Counted from the first letter of the stretch, positions 1 to 12,789 are shown. The stretch: DNA of 64,000 bases from the human T2T-CHM13v2.0 reference genome, Homo sapiens (GCF_009914755.1 NC_060937.1); one strand, 5' to 3'. The notes: generated by a model not told the origin, from the letters alone. A program made the numbers and translations.

Positions 1-110
1 CAGACACTGGCAGTACTTTAGACACAACAGGAGCAGGATGTGCAGTGGCGACTGAATCTATGACATTCACTCTGATAAGTGTGGTGATGTTACTTCCCGG
101 GATTTGGTAA
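1..110 (+). CDS. GPC5: Glypican-5, 3' end of last coding exon (partial; GPI-anchor signal peptide)
   Basis: Frame starting at base 3 reads DTGSTLDTTGAGCAVATESMTFTLISVVMLLPGIW then TAA (108-110). This matches my recollection of the human GPC5 C-terminus and has small omega-site residues plus a hydrophobic tail. Too short to appear in the ORF track. Confidence 0.95.
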   Translation, partial: DTGSTLDTTGAGCAVATESMTFTLISVVMLLPGIW

Positions 111-541
111 CTGAACTCTTCTGTCCTGACATACCTTACTGAAGTCTCGATTTCTTCTCTCTCTGCATATGCCTGGAATAAGAGATCCTTTTTCAATGTA
201 ACAATTATATTTATGAAAAGATATGTTACACTAACTTCTCAGAAGCCAAGCTGAAATATTCATAAAGTCCCTAAAACTCAACGTTTAAATGACACACTTT
301 AAAAATATGTCTTTTTTCAATCTAACTGAAAACCTTCTTAACTTCTAATATATTAAATCTGAAGATGTGAAGGGCACAGAAGTGACTTTGAATAAGAAGA
401 ATTTAGTGTATCTGTAATTTTATTATCAATTCCAAGCCCCTTCCTTTCTAAATTAAAAATGTTTTCATTTGAAAGTGTATTTGCCAGACAATGAAAACAG
501 TATGCAGTATTTCTTAAAGTATTGAAATTAGAATATCATGA

Positions 542-547
542 AATAAA
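542..547 (+). terminator. Proximal candidate polyadenylation signal AATAAA
   Basis: Canonical hexamer inside the 3' UTR; usage cannot be shown from sequence. Confidence 0.4.
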
Positions 548-878
548 TCAAAACATACAATGGCAAGTAGTATGCATGCATATTCAAGAGACTCTTCCAT
601 TTTTGCAAGCTGTAGAAGGAAATGTCTGAATGTCTATAAGTTATGGGGTAGATTCTTGAGAAGCATTTCATATAATTTCACTGAAGAACCTTGATAATTT
701 TGACCCACTGTAACTTAGCCACTGATGAACCTTAAAGCTGAGTATTTTATTAACACCTGATTTGTATTCCATTATATTCAAAATGCATCTTTGGTATTGT
801 GCCTCTGCTCCCATCTCTCTCTTTGCCTCATAGATTTAGCTATGTTGGGAAGCACATGCTTGCTCTAGGAATATCTCC

Positions 879-884
879 AATAAA
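879..884 (+). terminator. Main candidate polyadenylation signal AATAAA of GPC5
   Basis: Canonical hexamer followed by T/GT-rich sequence (tttgtcattttcttct, ~920-935). Confidence 0.7.
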
Positions 885-2629
885 GCTGTTAACTATTTGG
901 TGGAAAAATTTGAAGAATATTTGTCATTTTCTTCTGGCAAAAATGCTATTTTCACCCATTTTCAAAATATTATGTACTACTTTTTAAAGCCTGATGTTGT
1001 ACAATTGGCTACCTTTGCATTTCTAAGGTTCCTATGAATATCTGCAGACATGTACAGAAAAGATGATATGCAACACTTTAGCTCTTTCCTATTTGCTCAT
1101 TAATGGAGCTGCAAACCAACAGTCCCTAATTTCTCAGTTGGGATAAGTTGCCTCAATAGACACTAATAGGATATGTATATGGCTATACTTGAGGAAAAGA
1201 GAAGTTAGTTTTTATTAATAAGTATCACATCCAGTCTACAGAGAGAAAATATAATTAATACAAAGTCACAGAATAGAAAAGGGAATTGCTGACCTCAAAT
1301 AAAAAAAAACAAAAAAAAATTTGAAATGACTTCTGACAAAGACGTAAACAAGACACAGCCAAATGCAAACATTAATAAGGTAAAATCCGTTTCTGCTAGT
1401 CAGGAAACAATATATGATCAAACCTTGTTCTCGCTTAAGTTCTCAATTAACAAAATGATCTAAGGATGGTTAGTTTAAATCACAACATTTTTAAGCTGCC
1501 CAATCAGGTTTTACCCTCCATTCAAACATGCCTCAGAACCGTAAGTGTTATTCTACCCATCAGTTGTGGATGCCATTTTCCTAGGCTTCCATTCCACACC
1601 TAACATTCCCTGATCCATTCAGTTAATAACTCATTTGCACTCACCTTGACACACTCCACAAATTACAAACTTAACCCTATTTTGAAAATTTTTTACTTCA
1701 ACCTCAGCTCTTCATTTAAATCAGTCTTGGAAAAAAGTGATACTAAGGCACTCATTTGCTGCCCTCCAGCCCAAGTCATGATTGGCTTGCTACGGCAAAA
1801 TTTCAGACCCAACTTAAGAGGAATTTAATTCTAAAGACAAACAAACTGAAGAGCATGCTTTAGCAGTCTAAGATATATGGATAAAATTAATTGACAGAAG
1901 ATAATTTCAGATATGGCAAGAAATGGACAAAAGCAGAGTGGTAAAGTCAATACAAGAAATGATTATTTTTTTTTAAACTAAGTTTTACATGCTCAGATGG
2001 GTGTTATCTGCAGGTGGGCACTTTGGGGACTATATAAGCAATAATGGTGTTACTAGAGCTTAAAACACTGGGGTTTTCAGAATTTCTTTAAAAGCCTAAG
2101 GCAAAATTGTTAATATTCTCAGTAAGGATATACTTATCCATTAACACTTCCCATTCTGTGACATTTCATATCTACATAGTTTCTTATGAATTGCAAAGCT
2201 CTTTCAAATGAGAGAGAGTATCTCATTTGGACTTTCTTCGCCCCCTCAAAGATAGGCTTGATTTTCAGTCAAATAAAAACAATAATGCTGATTTTTTATA
2301 TGGCTCAGAATTTGCTTCTGGAGAGTTTTTCATTAATAAGGTCTAAGAAAGTTTTGAGCAATGATACAAGTGTTGGATATGTGTCTACTTTCCAAGATTA
2401 TTTAATAGATTACATCAGACTGAATGTATGTATTTAAAAATATCACACACATAGTCACATTTTATGCTGGTGTAATTTTTAAAAGAGCCATATTCTTGAA
2501 TCCCGGAGTTATTTTTATGAGTTTAAGTAATCATAAAACTTCGTCTGATATTTTGCATATATTGGGGAGACTAGGTTTAGAAGCAGAACTAACATTTACT
2601 TGGCCTTTCTTTGTATACGCACCATGATA

Positions 2630-2810
2630 AATGCCTTGATGCACAATGTCATTTAATCTCCCCAAAAACACTGACATTTCCATTTTACCAATGAGAAAAC
2701 TGAGCTTATAAATATTAGGGAATTTGACAGATGTCATACAACTAATCATAACAGAGTTAGATGGTGAGTATGATACCTTTAAATAAACTGTATACCTTTC
2801 TGGTTCAAAG
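2630..2810 (-). mobile_element. MIR SINE fragment
   Basis: tcatttaatctc...ccattttaccaatgagaaaactgag is the antisense MIR core. Confidence 0.65.
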
Positions 2811-3185
2811 ATACAGTTTTGGAACAACAGCGAGGAACTACAGGTTAGCACAAAAATCATTCAGAGACTACTTAAGTCTCCAAACTAGGATTTAACAAAT
2901 ACAGTTGGCTATAGAATAATTGTCTAATTACCAAAATGCACATTAGTGTAGAAACATAATAAAAAGGAGAAGTGTAAACATGGACTTTTTTTAGTACCAT
3001 TCATTACCCTCCCATATATTCAAACCCACTCTAAACACATCAGCCCTGAAAATAAATCAGCTGCCGAGAATGAGAAAGAAAACACAACTGTTTTAACTCT
3101 AATGGGATCATGAAGTTTATTTTAGTTTCCTTTGCAACAAAAAGGTATAAAACATTTCTTTGGCTATAGGATGGCATAAAAAAAT

Positions 3186-3274
3186 GAAAGGAAGGAGAGG
3201 AGGAAGGAAGGAAGGAAAGGAGGGAGGAGGGAGGGAAGGAGGGAGGGAAGGAAGAAGGGAAGGAAGGGAAAGGG
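3186..3274. repeat. Polypurine (GGAA/GGAG)n low-complexity tract
   Basis: ~89 nt of only A/G, including (GGAA)4 at 3202-3217. Confidence 0.9.
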
Positions 3275-3333
3275 CATGGCAGAAAATTATTTTTTAAATC
3301 TTAGATTTGCCTTTATCCTCTATTTATTCTGTG

Positions 3334-3393
3334 AATAAATAATGTCTGCATGGTTACAGTACATGGTACAATAAAATAATGTCTGCATGGTTA
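3334..3393. repeat. Short direct repeat (20-nt core, 37-nt period)
   Basis: aaataatgtctgcatggtta occurs at 3337-3356 and 3374-3393. Confidence 0.85.
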
Positions 3394-4945
3394 TCTTCTC
3401 ACTAAAAAAGGACTGAGGTTAATAAGCTCTTTCCTCCCAACACTCAGATTTTCTGAAGTGCTCAATAATGATGCTTTGAAAAGGACTAAATTCATTTATT
3501 ACTAACTGTTTGCTATCATATAAAATATTGTTTCTAACATCAGAATCCTTCAAGGACAATAAAAATGATTTTTTTCTTGAATGAATATATTCAACCTAGA
3601 CGTCTCTTATTCTGAATGAGAACTTTGTTGAGCAGGCTACATCACTATTGTATTTAGTTTGCAACCTTTAATGTCATTCATATACAATTACATGGGTTAT
3701 GAAAATTCAGAAATAATAATTTCTAATGTTGTTAGGTATGAATGTGAACATATCAAGTTTTTCTTTAAATGCAGATTGTTGTATACAAGTCATTTTTGAT
3801 TAAAATACAGATAAAACATATTTCTCAAGTCAAAAGTCTGCTTTCCTTGCCTTTAGTAAAATTACAGAGTGACTGAATTACTGTTATAATTACTTTATGA
3901 CTAGAGATCTAATCAAATATAATTCTTAAGCTATCCTTTCTGCCTCCTTGCACAGAGAAAACTGAGTAATTTCATCACAATATAATTTATATTTCCATAG
4001 CAGAAAACAATAACTTATTTGGAAGAGAGTAGAGTAGGAGTGGATGTCCATGGTTACTTTTTGGAAACATCTGATTTAAGAGACTTTTGCCTTCCTGCAC
4101 TTGCCAATTCTCACACTGGAATCAACTTCATGAAAATGTGTGTGAGAAGATCACGCATCTTATTTTCCCCTTAAAATTTTACTTTGACTACATTGAAGAC
4201 CAGAGTGAAAGACAATATATCAGAATTTGAAAGACCATAGAATTAAGAACAGAACGGTGAACATTTAAGGATCAAAACTGGTTGGAGACAGAAGGAATGG
4301 GACTGACTGCAGTAATAAGTAAATTCTTACTTTTATGAGTTTGATACCCACCTTTAAACATGTTGGATTGGAAGGAATGAAGACTCTTAGAAAAAAAGGG
4401 AGGTCTCTGATTTTCCTGAGATTACTCAGCCAAGACCACTAGCATAACAAGAAGAAAGAAAAACGAAGAACAAGAACAAGAAGGCCCAGCTGTAAGACAA
4501 ATGCTGTGAACGGTATAGTATGTTCCAGAAAGAGTGACTCCATAATTGTGATCAAAGAGTTCCAGGACCCAATTTGCAAAGTCAATGTGATTTGCTCACC
4601 CAGGGCACATTCTCACTTCTCTCCTTGACCCCCCCACCCTGCCGCTCCATCCATATACATACTCATTCCCCACATACATTTTCTGGCTACTGTCTCTATT
4701 TCCTTTCTCTTTTCTTATCTGTAAAAATTGAGATAACTGTATCTACCTCACAGTGTTACTTAGAGAACTAGATAATCCAACACCTATTAGGACCCTGCTG
4801 GCCCATGATGAGCCATAATGATTCGTGTTTGTTCCCTTCCCACAGAGCTTTCTGTTAAAGTGCACATGTTTCCAGGATGGGACAACACTAGAATATTTAG
4901 TTATGGATTCTGCCTGTCAATAAGTTTTTGATAGGGGAAGAGATC

Positions 4946-5323
4946 TGTGTTAGTCTGTTTTCATACTACTATAAAGAACTACCTGAGACTGGATAATTTA
5001 TGAAGAAAAGAGGTTTAATTGACTCACAGTTCTGTAGGTTGTACAGTAGGCATAGCTGGGAAGGCCTCAGGAAACTTACAATCATGGTAGAAGGCAAAAG
5101 GGAAGCAGGCACAATCTTCACATGGCAGCAGGAGAGAGAGAGTGAATGGGGAAGTGCAACCCACTTTCAAACAACCTGATCTTGTGAAAACTCACTGTCA
5201 AGAGAACAGCAAGGGGAAACTCCAGCCCCATGAACAAATAACCTCCCACCAGGTCCCTTCCTAACACTGGGAATTAAAATTCAACACGATATTTCGGTGA
5301 GGACCTGGAGCCAAACCATATCC
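4946..5323 (-). mobile_element. ERVL-MaLR solo LTR (THE1D-like)
   Basis: tgtgttagtctgttttcatactactataaagaactacctgagactgg...ccaaaccatatc resembles the THE1/MST consensus. Possible 5-bp TSD agatc/agagc. Confidence 0.85.
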
Positions 5324-6169
5324 AGAGCGTAGAGAAGATGGTTGGAGAGTGAATGAGTAGGGTTCAGGAAAGGGAAAGAGAAGAGAAGCAATGGACTCTG
5401 GAATGCACAAGAAACCCATACTGCCTGCTTCATGTTTCATGTTTTGCCTGGACTCATCCTGGCTATGAGGCTTATTCACTGAAAGTTTATTTTTTTAAGT
5501 ATTGGGAGTAAGTGGTCTTTCTTTCATTGAATATAAAAGGATATTAGCTCTGACCCAGTATTCAAATGTGAATTGGTGTCTACAATGACAAATTTAGAGA
5601 CCTCCAAACCTTGCTTGAAGGTCTCCTTGACTGGTGTATTTAGACCTCCATCTCTGTGGGATTATTATACTGTGGGTTACCAGTACAACCCAAGCGCGGT
5701 GGGAAGAACAAATATGAGTAAACAAGAAGTGTGTTGCTCAGTATCTCACCTAAGTTACCCCCAAGTGGTTATTTCTGAGAGGCAAAATCACTTCATTAAG
5801 GTCACATTGCCAGTGATAGACAAAGCAAGCATTCTAAAATCAGCCTTCAAAATCCTTTTTTCCACTGCACCACTCAGTATCCCAGGGTTCAGAAAACTTT
5901 TGATAGGTCAATTAGGTTAGGTTAGGCTACTTGAAGGCTGTATAGGCTATTTTTAAATGTTCCCTTGTTTTATTCACTTTCTAAAATGTCTTCTCTCTAA
6001 GATATTTTATTTTTCATTTGTCTTTCATCTCAAATTTAGCTCTAGTAGTAAGGTTGAGGATCCTGAGGAGATTCCATATGCCAGGTGCCCTAGTGTGGCC
6101 ATATGATGGGGTAGTTGGCTCGTTCATTGACTCACAAGCATCCAAAAATGCTGGAGAAAACAGCAAATG

Positions 6170-6290
6170 GAGCTTCAAAGGCTTTAGCAGTAATTTTCTG
6201 TATGACCTTCGGCAAGTCCTGTAACTCTTTGAACTTCAGTTCTTTATTTGTAAAATAATGTGGTTGAGCCAGATAATCCCTAAATTTTCT
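6170..6290 (+). mobile_element. MIR-family SINE fragment
   Basis: tgtatgaccttcggcaagtcctgtaactctttgaacttcagttctttatttgtaaaat is a MIR core. Confidence 0.6.
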
Positions 6291-7889
6291 TATGTATTTT
6301 TAGAATTCTAGATTTCTAGGCCAAAACAGAAAACATTATTGATGCAATAAGAAAGAACATTTGTTTATTTGATGTCACATAATTTACCATTTCCTAATAT
6401 ATAGAAGGCACTTGAAAAAGTATTGCCTAAAATACAATTTTAGTTACAACTTCTGCATAGGTTTAAAACTCCAATTTCTTTATTACACATAGGAATGGGG
6501 CTTTTCTGTATAAGATTTATTGGAATAATCTTTCGATGACTAAAGGGAAGAACCATCACAGCAAACATTCTTCACTTTTGTTTAATGTATAACACAATAT
6601 GAGCCAAAAACATATATCATACGATTAAATATTTAGTCACTAACTATTGTTTGTTCTAGCTTGTCTTATAGGAGTTAAGATCCAGGGTCCTCACTAATTC
6701 AGTTGTGGCGTCTCATAATATTCAAAAACAAATAATGCATAGACTGACTCCTATAAAAGACAAAGATAAAAGGATGTGGAAGTAAGAAATGAAGTTACAA
6801 AACAGTTGACAGTACTTTCTCTTCTCACAGATTTTTCCCAGGAGACCCTTTTACATAGGTGTAAACAAATGTTGTTGTCTCTGATGATTTATTGCAGAAC
6901 AAGCTGACAGAGCATAGGAGCATGTTATCTGGGCCTCTGTATTGCAGGAGCTCGCTCAGAAAAATGAAGAAAGACGAGAAAATGCTCTGTCATTCAGCAA
7001 GAAAGCAGATGGAAGCTTAGAATCACAGCTTATTTAAAAGGACAGCTTATAAATATGATGTGTTTATAATTTTACTATTTCATTTTCCTCATTTATAAAA
7101 AAATTAAAGAAAATCTCATGAGAATTTCATCACAGATGGTTAACTGCAATAAATTTATATTGAATAATTTGATTTACTTCTATTTTGACTACACATCTAT
7201 TATAGTATGGGTGTGATTGAATGCAAATCCACAGACACATGTACACATTTATCTATATCTATCCATAAAATATACATATTCATGTTTATTGTTGCTATGA
7301 TTGTATTGATGCTTATATTTATATTTGTATAAAATTTGCCTTTATGTCAGTTATTCCAGGCTTTTTATTTGAAATTTGAGAAGGTTGATGAAATAGGTAA
7401 CTTTTATCAAACTGCAAGTTACTATTTTTCCATATGGGCTTTCATTGTAATTTCAAACAGATAAACATTAAGCAAGCTCTTACTATACACAAGACAATGT
7501 ACATGACCACTGAAGCAATAAAAAGACATTCATAAAGGATATATTTCAGAAATCCTCACTTATACAGGGTTAGGTACAAATTCTGCTTTTCTTAAAAGAC
7601 TATTTCTTCTGGAACAAAGCAATACAACACAAACAGTTCACTTATTAATCTTATGAAAAATATACAAGTGTAACATTTCACCACCCACTTGCTTTTAGGC
7701 TGTTAATTAATTGGAGTTAAGCTGACCAAGGAATAAATGACAATTCAAGGGAATTAAATAGTCTCATCCTTTTCCTCAAGTCACCAATTTTTGTGCTTTT
7801 TCTCCTTCAGTGATAGTCAGCTTTCAGTGCCCCCAAAGTCTATATCGTCTCTACCTCAGCACCTGCATAGGAGACTATGAGTAAAACAA

Positions 7890-8105
7890 TAACTCGGGCT
7901 TGGAAATAAGACTAGTCCTGGTTTTGAATGCCAGATATCTCATGAACTAGTTGTGTTACCATAGGCAACAATTTGACTTCTCTGAAATATTCATGAAATG
8001 AAGATGATTGTATACCCCCTGACAGGTTTGTTGGAAAGATTTAATTACTCATTGTGTCTATGTATGATGATTAGCACAGTGTGATATTAAATAAATATTA
8101 GCTGA
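7890..8105 (+). mobile_element. MIR SINE
   Basis: gggcttggaaataagact...tgtgttaccataggcaac...tgttggaaagatttaa...taaatattagct. Confidence 0.6.
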
Positions 8106-8493
8106 CATCTTATCAAAACTTGCTCTTAGGTAAAATCTTTCACACTAAGTTATAAATGATTAATATCATGAAGAGTCATTTTATTTTAAAACTATATGAA
8201 ATTTAAGGAGTATGTATTTGTAGTGTTTTGCAGAAAAGAAAAACTAAAATCCAGAAAGGATATGTGAATTACCCAAAGTAACACAACTAGTTTGAACTAG
8301 AAAAGACCAACAACTTATTTTTTAAGAAAATCTCTATGTGCACTGCATTGAATCCAAATTGTTACTTCAAATCAACTAAAAGCTGCATGTTTGTATATCC
8401 TAATATTCAATAGAAATTGCCCCATAACCACAGGGACTAAACCAATAGAAATAGGCAAATGTACCAATTTGAGAGACTATTAATAGACACTTG

Positions 8494-9401
8494 TAGATTC
8501 AATGAACTTAAACAAATTTATAAGAAAAAATCCAAACAACCCCATTAAAAAGTGGGCAAAGGACATGAACAGACACTTCTCAAAAGGAGACATTTATGTG
8601 GCCAACAAACATCATATATAAAAAAAAGCTCAACATCACTGGTCATTAGAGAAATGTAAATCAAACCACAATGAGATACCATCTCACATGAGTCAGAATA
8701 GTGATTATTGAAAAGTTAGGAAATGACAGATCCTGGAGATGATGTGGAGAAATAGGAACACTTTTACACAGTTGGTGGAAATATAAATTAGTTGAACCAT
8801 TGTGAAAGACAGTGTGGAGATTCCTCAAAGATCTAGAACCAGAAATACAATTTGACCCAGCAATCCCATTACTGGGTATATACCCAAAGGATTATAAATC
8901 ATTCTATTATAAAGACACATGCATGCATATGTTTATTACAGTGCTATTCACAATAGCAAAGACATGGAATCAGCCCAAATGTGCATCAGTGATAGACTGG
9001 ATAAAGAAAATGTGGTACATATACACCATGGAATACTATGCAGCCATAAAAAGGAACGAGATCATGTCCTTTGCAGGGACATGGATGGAGCTAGAAGCCA
9101 TTATCCTCAGCAAACTAACACAGGAACAGAAAAATCAAACACCACATGTTCTCACTTATAAGTGGGAGCTGAACAATGAGAACACATGGACGCAGGCTGG
9201 GGAGTAGCACACACTGGAGCCTGTCACGAGGACGGTGGGGGGAGATCATCAGAATAAAAAGCTAATGCATGTGGGGCTTAATACCAAGGTGATGGGTTGA
9301 TGGGTGCAGCAAACCAAGGCACACGTTTACCTATGTAACAAACCTGCACGTCCTGCACATGTATCCCAGAACTTAAAATTAAATTAAATTTAAAAACAAA
9401 G
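8494..9401 (+). mobile_element. 5'-truncated L1PA (about L1PA8A-11) 3' end
   Basis: ORF2 C-terminal peptide (ORF 8812-9207), 3' UTR and A-rich tail. TSD aatagacacttg (8482-8493) / aatagactcttg (9402-9413). Confidence 0.92.
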
Positions 9402-10153
9402 AATAGACTCTTGACTTTAAAGGGAAAATGAGGCTATTGAGAGAGGTTGTAAAGTATTACTATACCTTCATATTGATTCGAAAAGTAGAAATAATCTAAT
9501 AGAGTTTCTAATATAATGCTTTTAATATAAACGTTAATCTCTTTTCATATTCACAGTCTGATTCTTAATAGATTGACCAATTTGCTAAAGTATTCAGGAC
9601 ATCTTGACAAACAACATATTCTAGTATATACATTATAATTTTTAAAATGCCAGCAATTTTCTTTGAAAATATAGGAAATAAAATCAAAATAGATTTTATG
9701 TCACATTTCAAGATTAAAAAACATTTCTTCTTTGCTACTAATATTGTTTTCTAAGCTAGTATTTTGGCTTGCAAGCTTTAGATTTACCCATTTCTGTACC
9801 AGATTATAATTAGGTTGTATCTTGAAACATGAAGATCAATAGAATATTTTCATATTTAACTGAAGATTCTTTGTCAGTATTTAAAATGGTTTATTGTGCT
9901 ACAGCATATTCTAGCAATTTCAAAATATTGAGAAAATATGAACAGTTGAAATCTTTCTAAACAACTTTGCTTTAGAGGAGAGTTCCTTCACTCTGTTGAA
10001 AAACATAAGGACATGTCAGCTATAGTTGAAATATGTAGCCTTTAATTTCTAGAGTTTTATTCATCTTTTAAAATCCAGAGAGATGTTAGCTATTTGTCTC
10101 CATTGGGCCTAAAAAGAAAATGTTTTTATATTTCTCTTACCAGAGAAATAGAA

Positions 10154-10234
10154 AACATCGAGTGAATTATCTCCATATTATAGGAAACCTTTTGTTAACA
10201 TCGAGTGAATTGTCTCCATATTACAGAAAACCTT
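10154..10234. repeat. Two-copy tandem duplication, 43-nt period
   Basis: aacatcgagtgaattatctccatattataggaaacctt vs aacatcgagtgaattgtctccatattacagaaaacctt (3 mismatches). Confidence 0.9.
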
Positions 10235-10501
10235 AGTAACTAAAGGATGAATTCCACTGTAAGATAATAGAGACAATAATTTAGTGGATAGTATATTCAT
10301 AAGTATTAACACTGATAGAACAATGACTAATTTACATCCCTATTGTCCTTTGTGATTTATCTAAAATATAATGTCGTTTATAAAACCTTATTTTAAAAAC
10401 TTTTTTCTAATAAAAAATATTTTTACTAAAATTATTGGAAATAGTAAAGCAGACTCAAGATCCCCAAAAACTCTTCCAGCTCTGTTAGTATTCTGTAACC
10501 A

Positions 10502-10790
10502 TTTTTTTTTTTTTTTTGAGACTGAGTTTTGCACTCTTGTTGCCCAGGCTGGAGTGCCGCAGCTCACCACAACCTCCACCTCCCGAGTTCAAGCGATTCT
10601 CCTGCCTCAGCCTCCCGAGTAGCTGTGATTACAGGCATGCGCTACGACACCTGGCTAATTTTGTATTTTTACTAGAGATGGGGTTTCTCAATGTTGGTCA
10701 GGCTGGTCTCAAACTGCCAGCCTCAGGTGATCCACCCGCCTCAGCCTCCCAAAGTGCTGGGAGTACAGTCATGAGCCACCACACCCAGCC
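10502..10790 (-). mobile_element. AluS (AluSp/Sq-like)
   Basis: Poly-T, dimeric antisense Alu with ctcttgttgcccaggc. TSD tattctgtaac on both sides. Confidence 0.95.
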
Positions 10791-11490
10791 AATATTCTGT
10801 AACTTTTAAAAAATATCATACCTATTTATAGAAATAGAGCTACATAAAATTTACACATACACATCTAGATATAGACATCTCTATAGAAGACATATGAAGA
10901 GATGAGAGGAATAGAATAACTATATATTTACGTAAGTATTTAAAAATATGATGATGCTATGTCTATTTAAACCATGTGTACTGCTTAACAATATATCATC
11001 AATGTTGTCTGGGTCATGAAATATGCTGAAAATAACTATAAATGATTCATAGTATTCTTCATATGAATATCACATTTAATCAATTCTCTATTGAGACATT
11101 AAATTATTAATATATCATAAACAAAGTTCCAATAAAAATCTTAATAAAATTTTACACTCCTTCATGATTTCTTCTTGGCTTAGTTATCATTCCTTCGGTG
11201 GGAAAAAGAAAGGAGGTAATTTATTCTTCCTTACTCAAAAACAAACCATCAACTTAAACACAAAATTAGATTACAATCATTGGTGTATTTGTCTTATTTT
11301 CCCTAGTAGACCAAAGTTTATTAAAGGCTTTTTAATCCCTCTGGGTAACACTGTTCTTTAAGTTAGTACAAGTCCAAATATACGTATTGAATCAAATCTG
11401 GTCATAAGAAGACTCAAGAAAAAAAGGATGCTATTTTACTGTATTTGTTCTAATTAACCTTAAAAATACCCTAAAAAGAGTTATAATATT

Positions 11491-11567
11491 AATAATTCCC
11501 ACCTATGCCAAATGAAATGGGAGTAAAATAATAATTCCCACCTACGCCAAATGAAATGGGGGTAAAA
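11491..11567. repeat. Two-copy tandem duplication, 39-nt period
   Basis: aataattcccacctatgccaaatgaaatgggagtaaaa vs aataattcccacctacgccaaatgaaatgggggtaaaa (2 mismatches). Confidence 0.9.
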
Positions 11568-11663
11568 AAATGAGATATATTAATATGAAAATATTTGTAA
11601 ATGAAAAACTTAATACAGATTATAAATATTATTGTTATAGCTAAATAGACTAACTTATACATC

Positions 11664-11933
11664 TTTTTGGGTTTTTTTTGAGATGGAGTCTCGCTCTGTC
11701 GCCTCCCAGGTTCAAGCGATTCTCCTGCCTCAGCCTCCCGAGTAGCTGGGACTACAGGCATGTGCCACCACGCCCGGCTAATTTTTTGTATTTTTAGTAG
11801 AAACAGGGTTTCACTGTGTTAGCCAGGGGTTTCACCGTATTAACCAGGATGATCTCGATCTCCTGACTTCATGATCCGCCCGCCTCAGCCTCCCAAAGTG
11901 CTGGGATAACAGGCGTGAGCCACCTCACATGGC
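11664..11933 (-). mobile_element. AluS (AluSc-like) with internal deletion and duplication
   Basis: Antisense Alu with TSD tacatctttt. About 50 nt are missing at 11703/11704 and a ~21-nt unit is duplicated at 11806-11848. Confidence 0.93.
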
Positions 11934-12132
11934 TACATCTTTTGCTATTCCATATCTGAGCTCTTAATGTAGTGAAATCCATCCTGAAAGCCACAAAATT
12001 TTGAAGATGTCCGTAATGAAAACTAGTCTATTAAATCTTGTGTGCCTGCTAAGCTCACAATCCCTTCTGAGGAAAACTGATATATTATTGATTCTCTTCT
12101 CTTCACAGCTGATTGCATAGGGTGATATAAGG

Positions 12133-12437
12133 CAGCGCTGTCCAATAGAAATATAACGTGAGCAACATATATAATGTAGAATTCCCAGTAACCACTTAAA
12201 AAAAAAGAAAGTAAAAAGTCAGAGCTCAAAATAATTTAGTAACAGATTTTATTTAACCCAACATATACAAAATATTACCATTCCAACACATAAGCAATAT
12301 AAAAACCATCAATGAGATTTTATATTCTAATTTCAGTAATTTTTTGAAATCTAGTATGTGTTTACTGTACATCTCAATTCAGACACATCATATTGCATAT
12401 TGCAATATGGTAGTGGCTACCATATTGGACTGCACAG
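12133..12437. mobile_element. MER33-like hAT-Charlie non-autonomous DNA transposon
   Basis: Ends cagcgctgtccaatagaaatata... and ...gtggctaccatattggactgcacag are terminal inverted repeats typical of MER33/MER3. Confidence 0.8.
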
Positions 12438-12476
12438 ATCTACAGGTTGAGACACCAAGACTCCTTGGGGAAAATT

Positions 12477-12789
12477 ATTATTTTTTATTATTATTATTAT
12501 ACTTTAAGTTCTAGGGTACATGTGCACAACGTCCAGATTTGTTACATATGTATACATGTGCCATGTTGGTGTGCTGCACCCATTAACTCCTCATTTACGT
12601 TAGGTATATCTCCTAATGCTATCCCTCCCCCCACCCCATGACAGGCCCCAGTGTGTGATGTTCCCCACCCTGTGTCCAAGTGTTCTCATTGTTCTGGATG
12701 AAGCTGGAAACCATCATTCTGAGCAAACTATCGCAAGGACAGAAAACCAAACACCACATGTTCTCACTCATAGGTGGGAACTGAACAAT
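12477..12789 (-). mobile_element. Short L1PA (L1PA5-like) with 5' inversion
   Basis: Antisense L1 3' UTR and tail at 12477-12694 joined to the adjacent upstream L1 segment in the opposite orientation (12695-12789). Confidence 0.9.

Larger units (their letters stand above)
111..908 (+). other. GPC5: GPC5 3' UTR (end approximate)
   Basis: AU-rich, repeat-free sequence after the stop codon with AATAAA at 542-547 and 879-884. The end is inferred ~20-25 nt after the distal signal. Confidence 0.75.

Noticed and set aside
5573-5920. 115-aa ORF, and 43194-43535 (113 aa), as small genes
   Set aside because: Non-ATG starts, no recognisable domain, and lengths expected by chance.
10154-11567. CRISPR-like repeats
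   Set aside because: Only two adjacent copies per unit, no unique spacers, no cas genes, and the DNA is primate.
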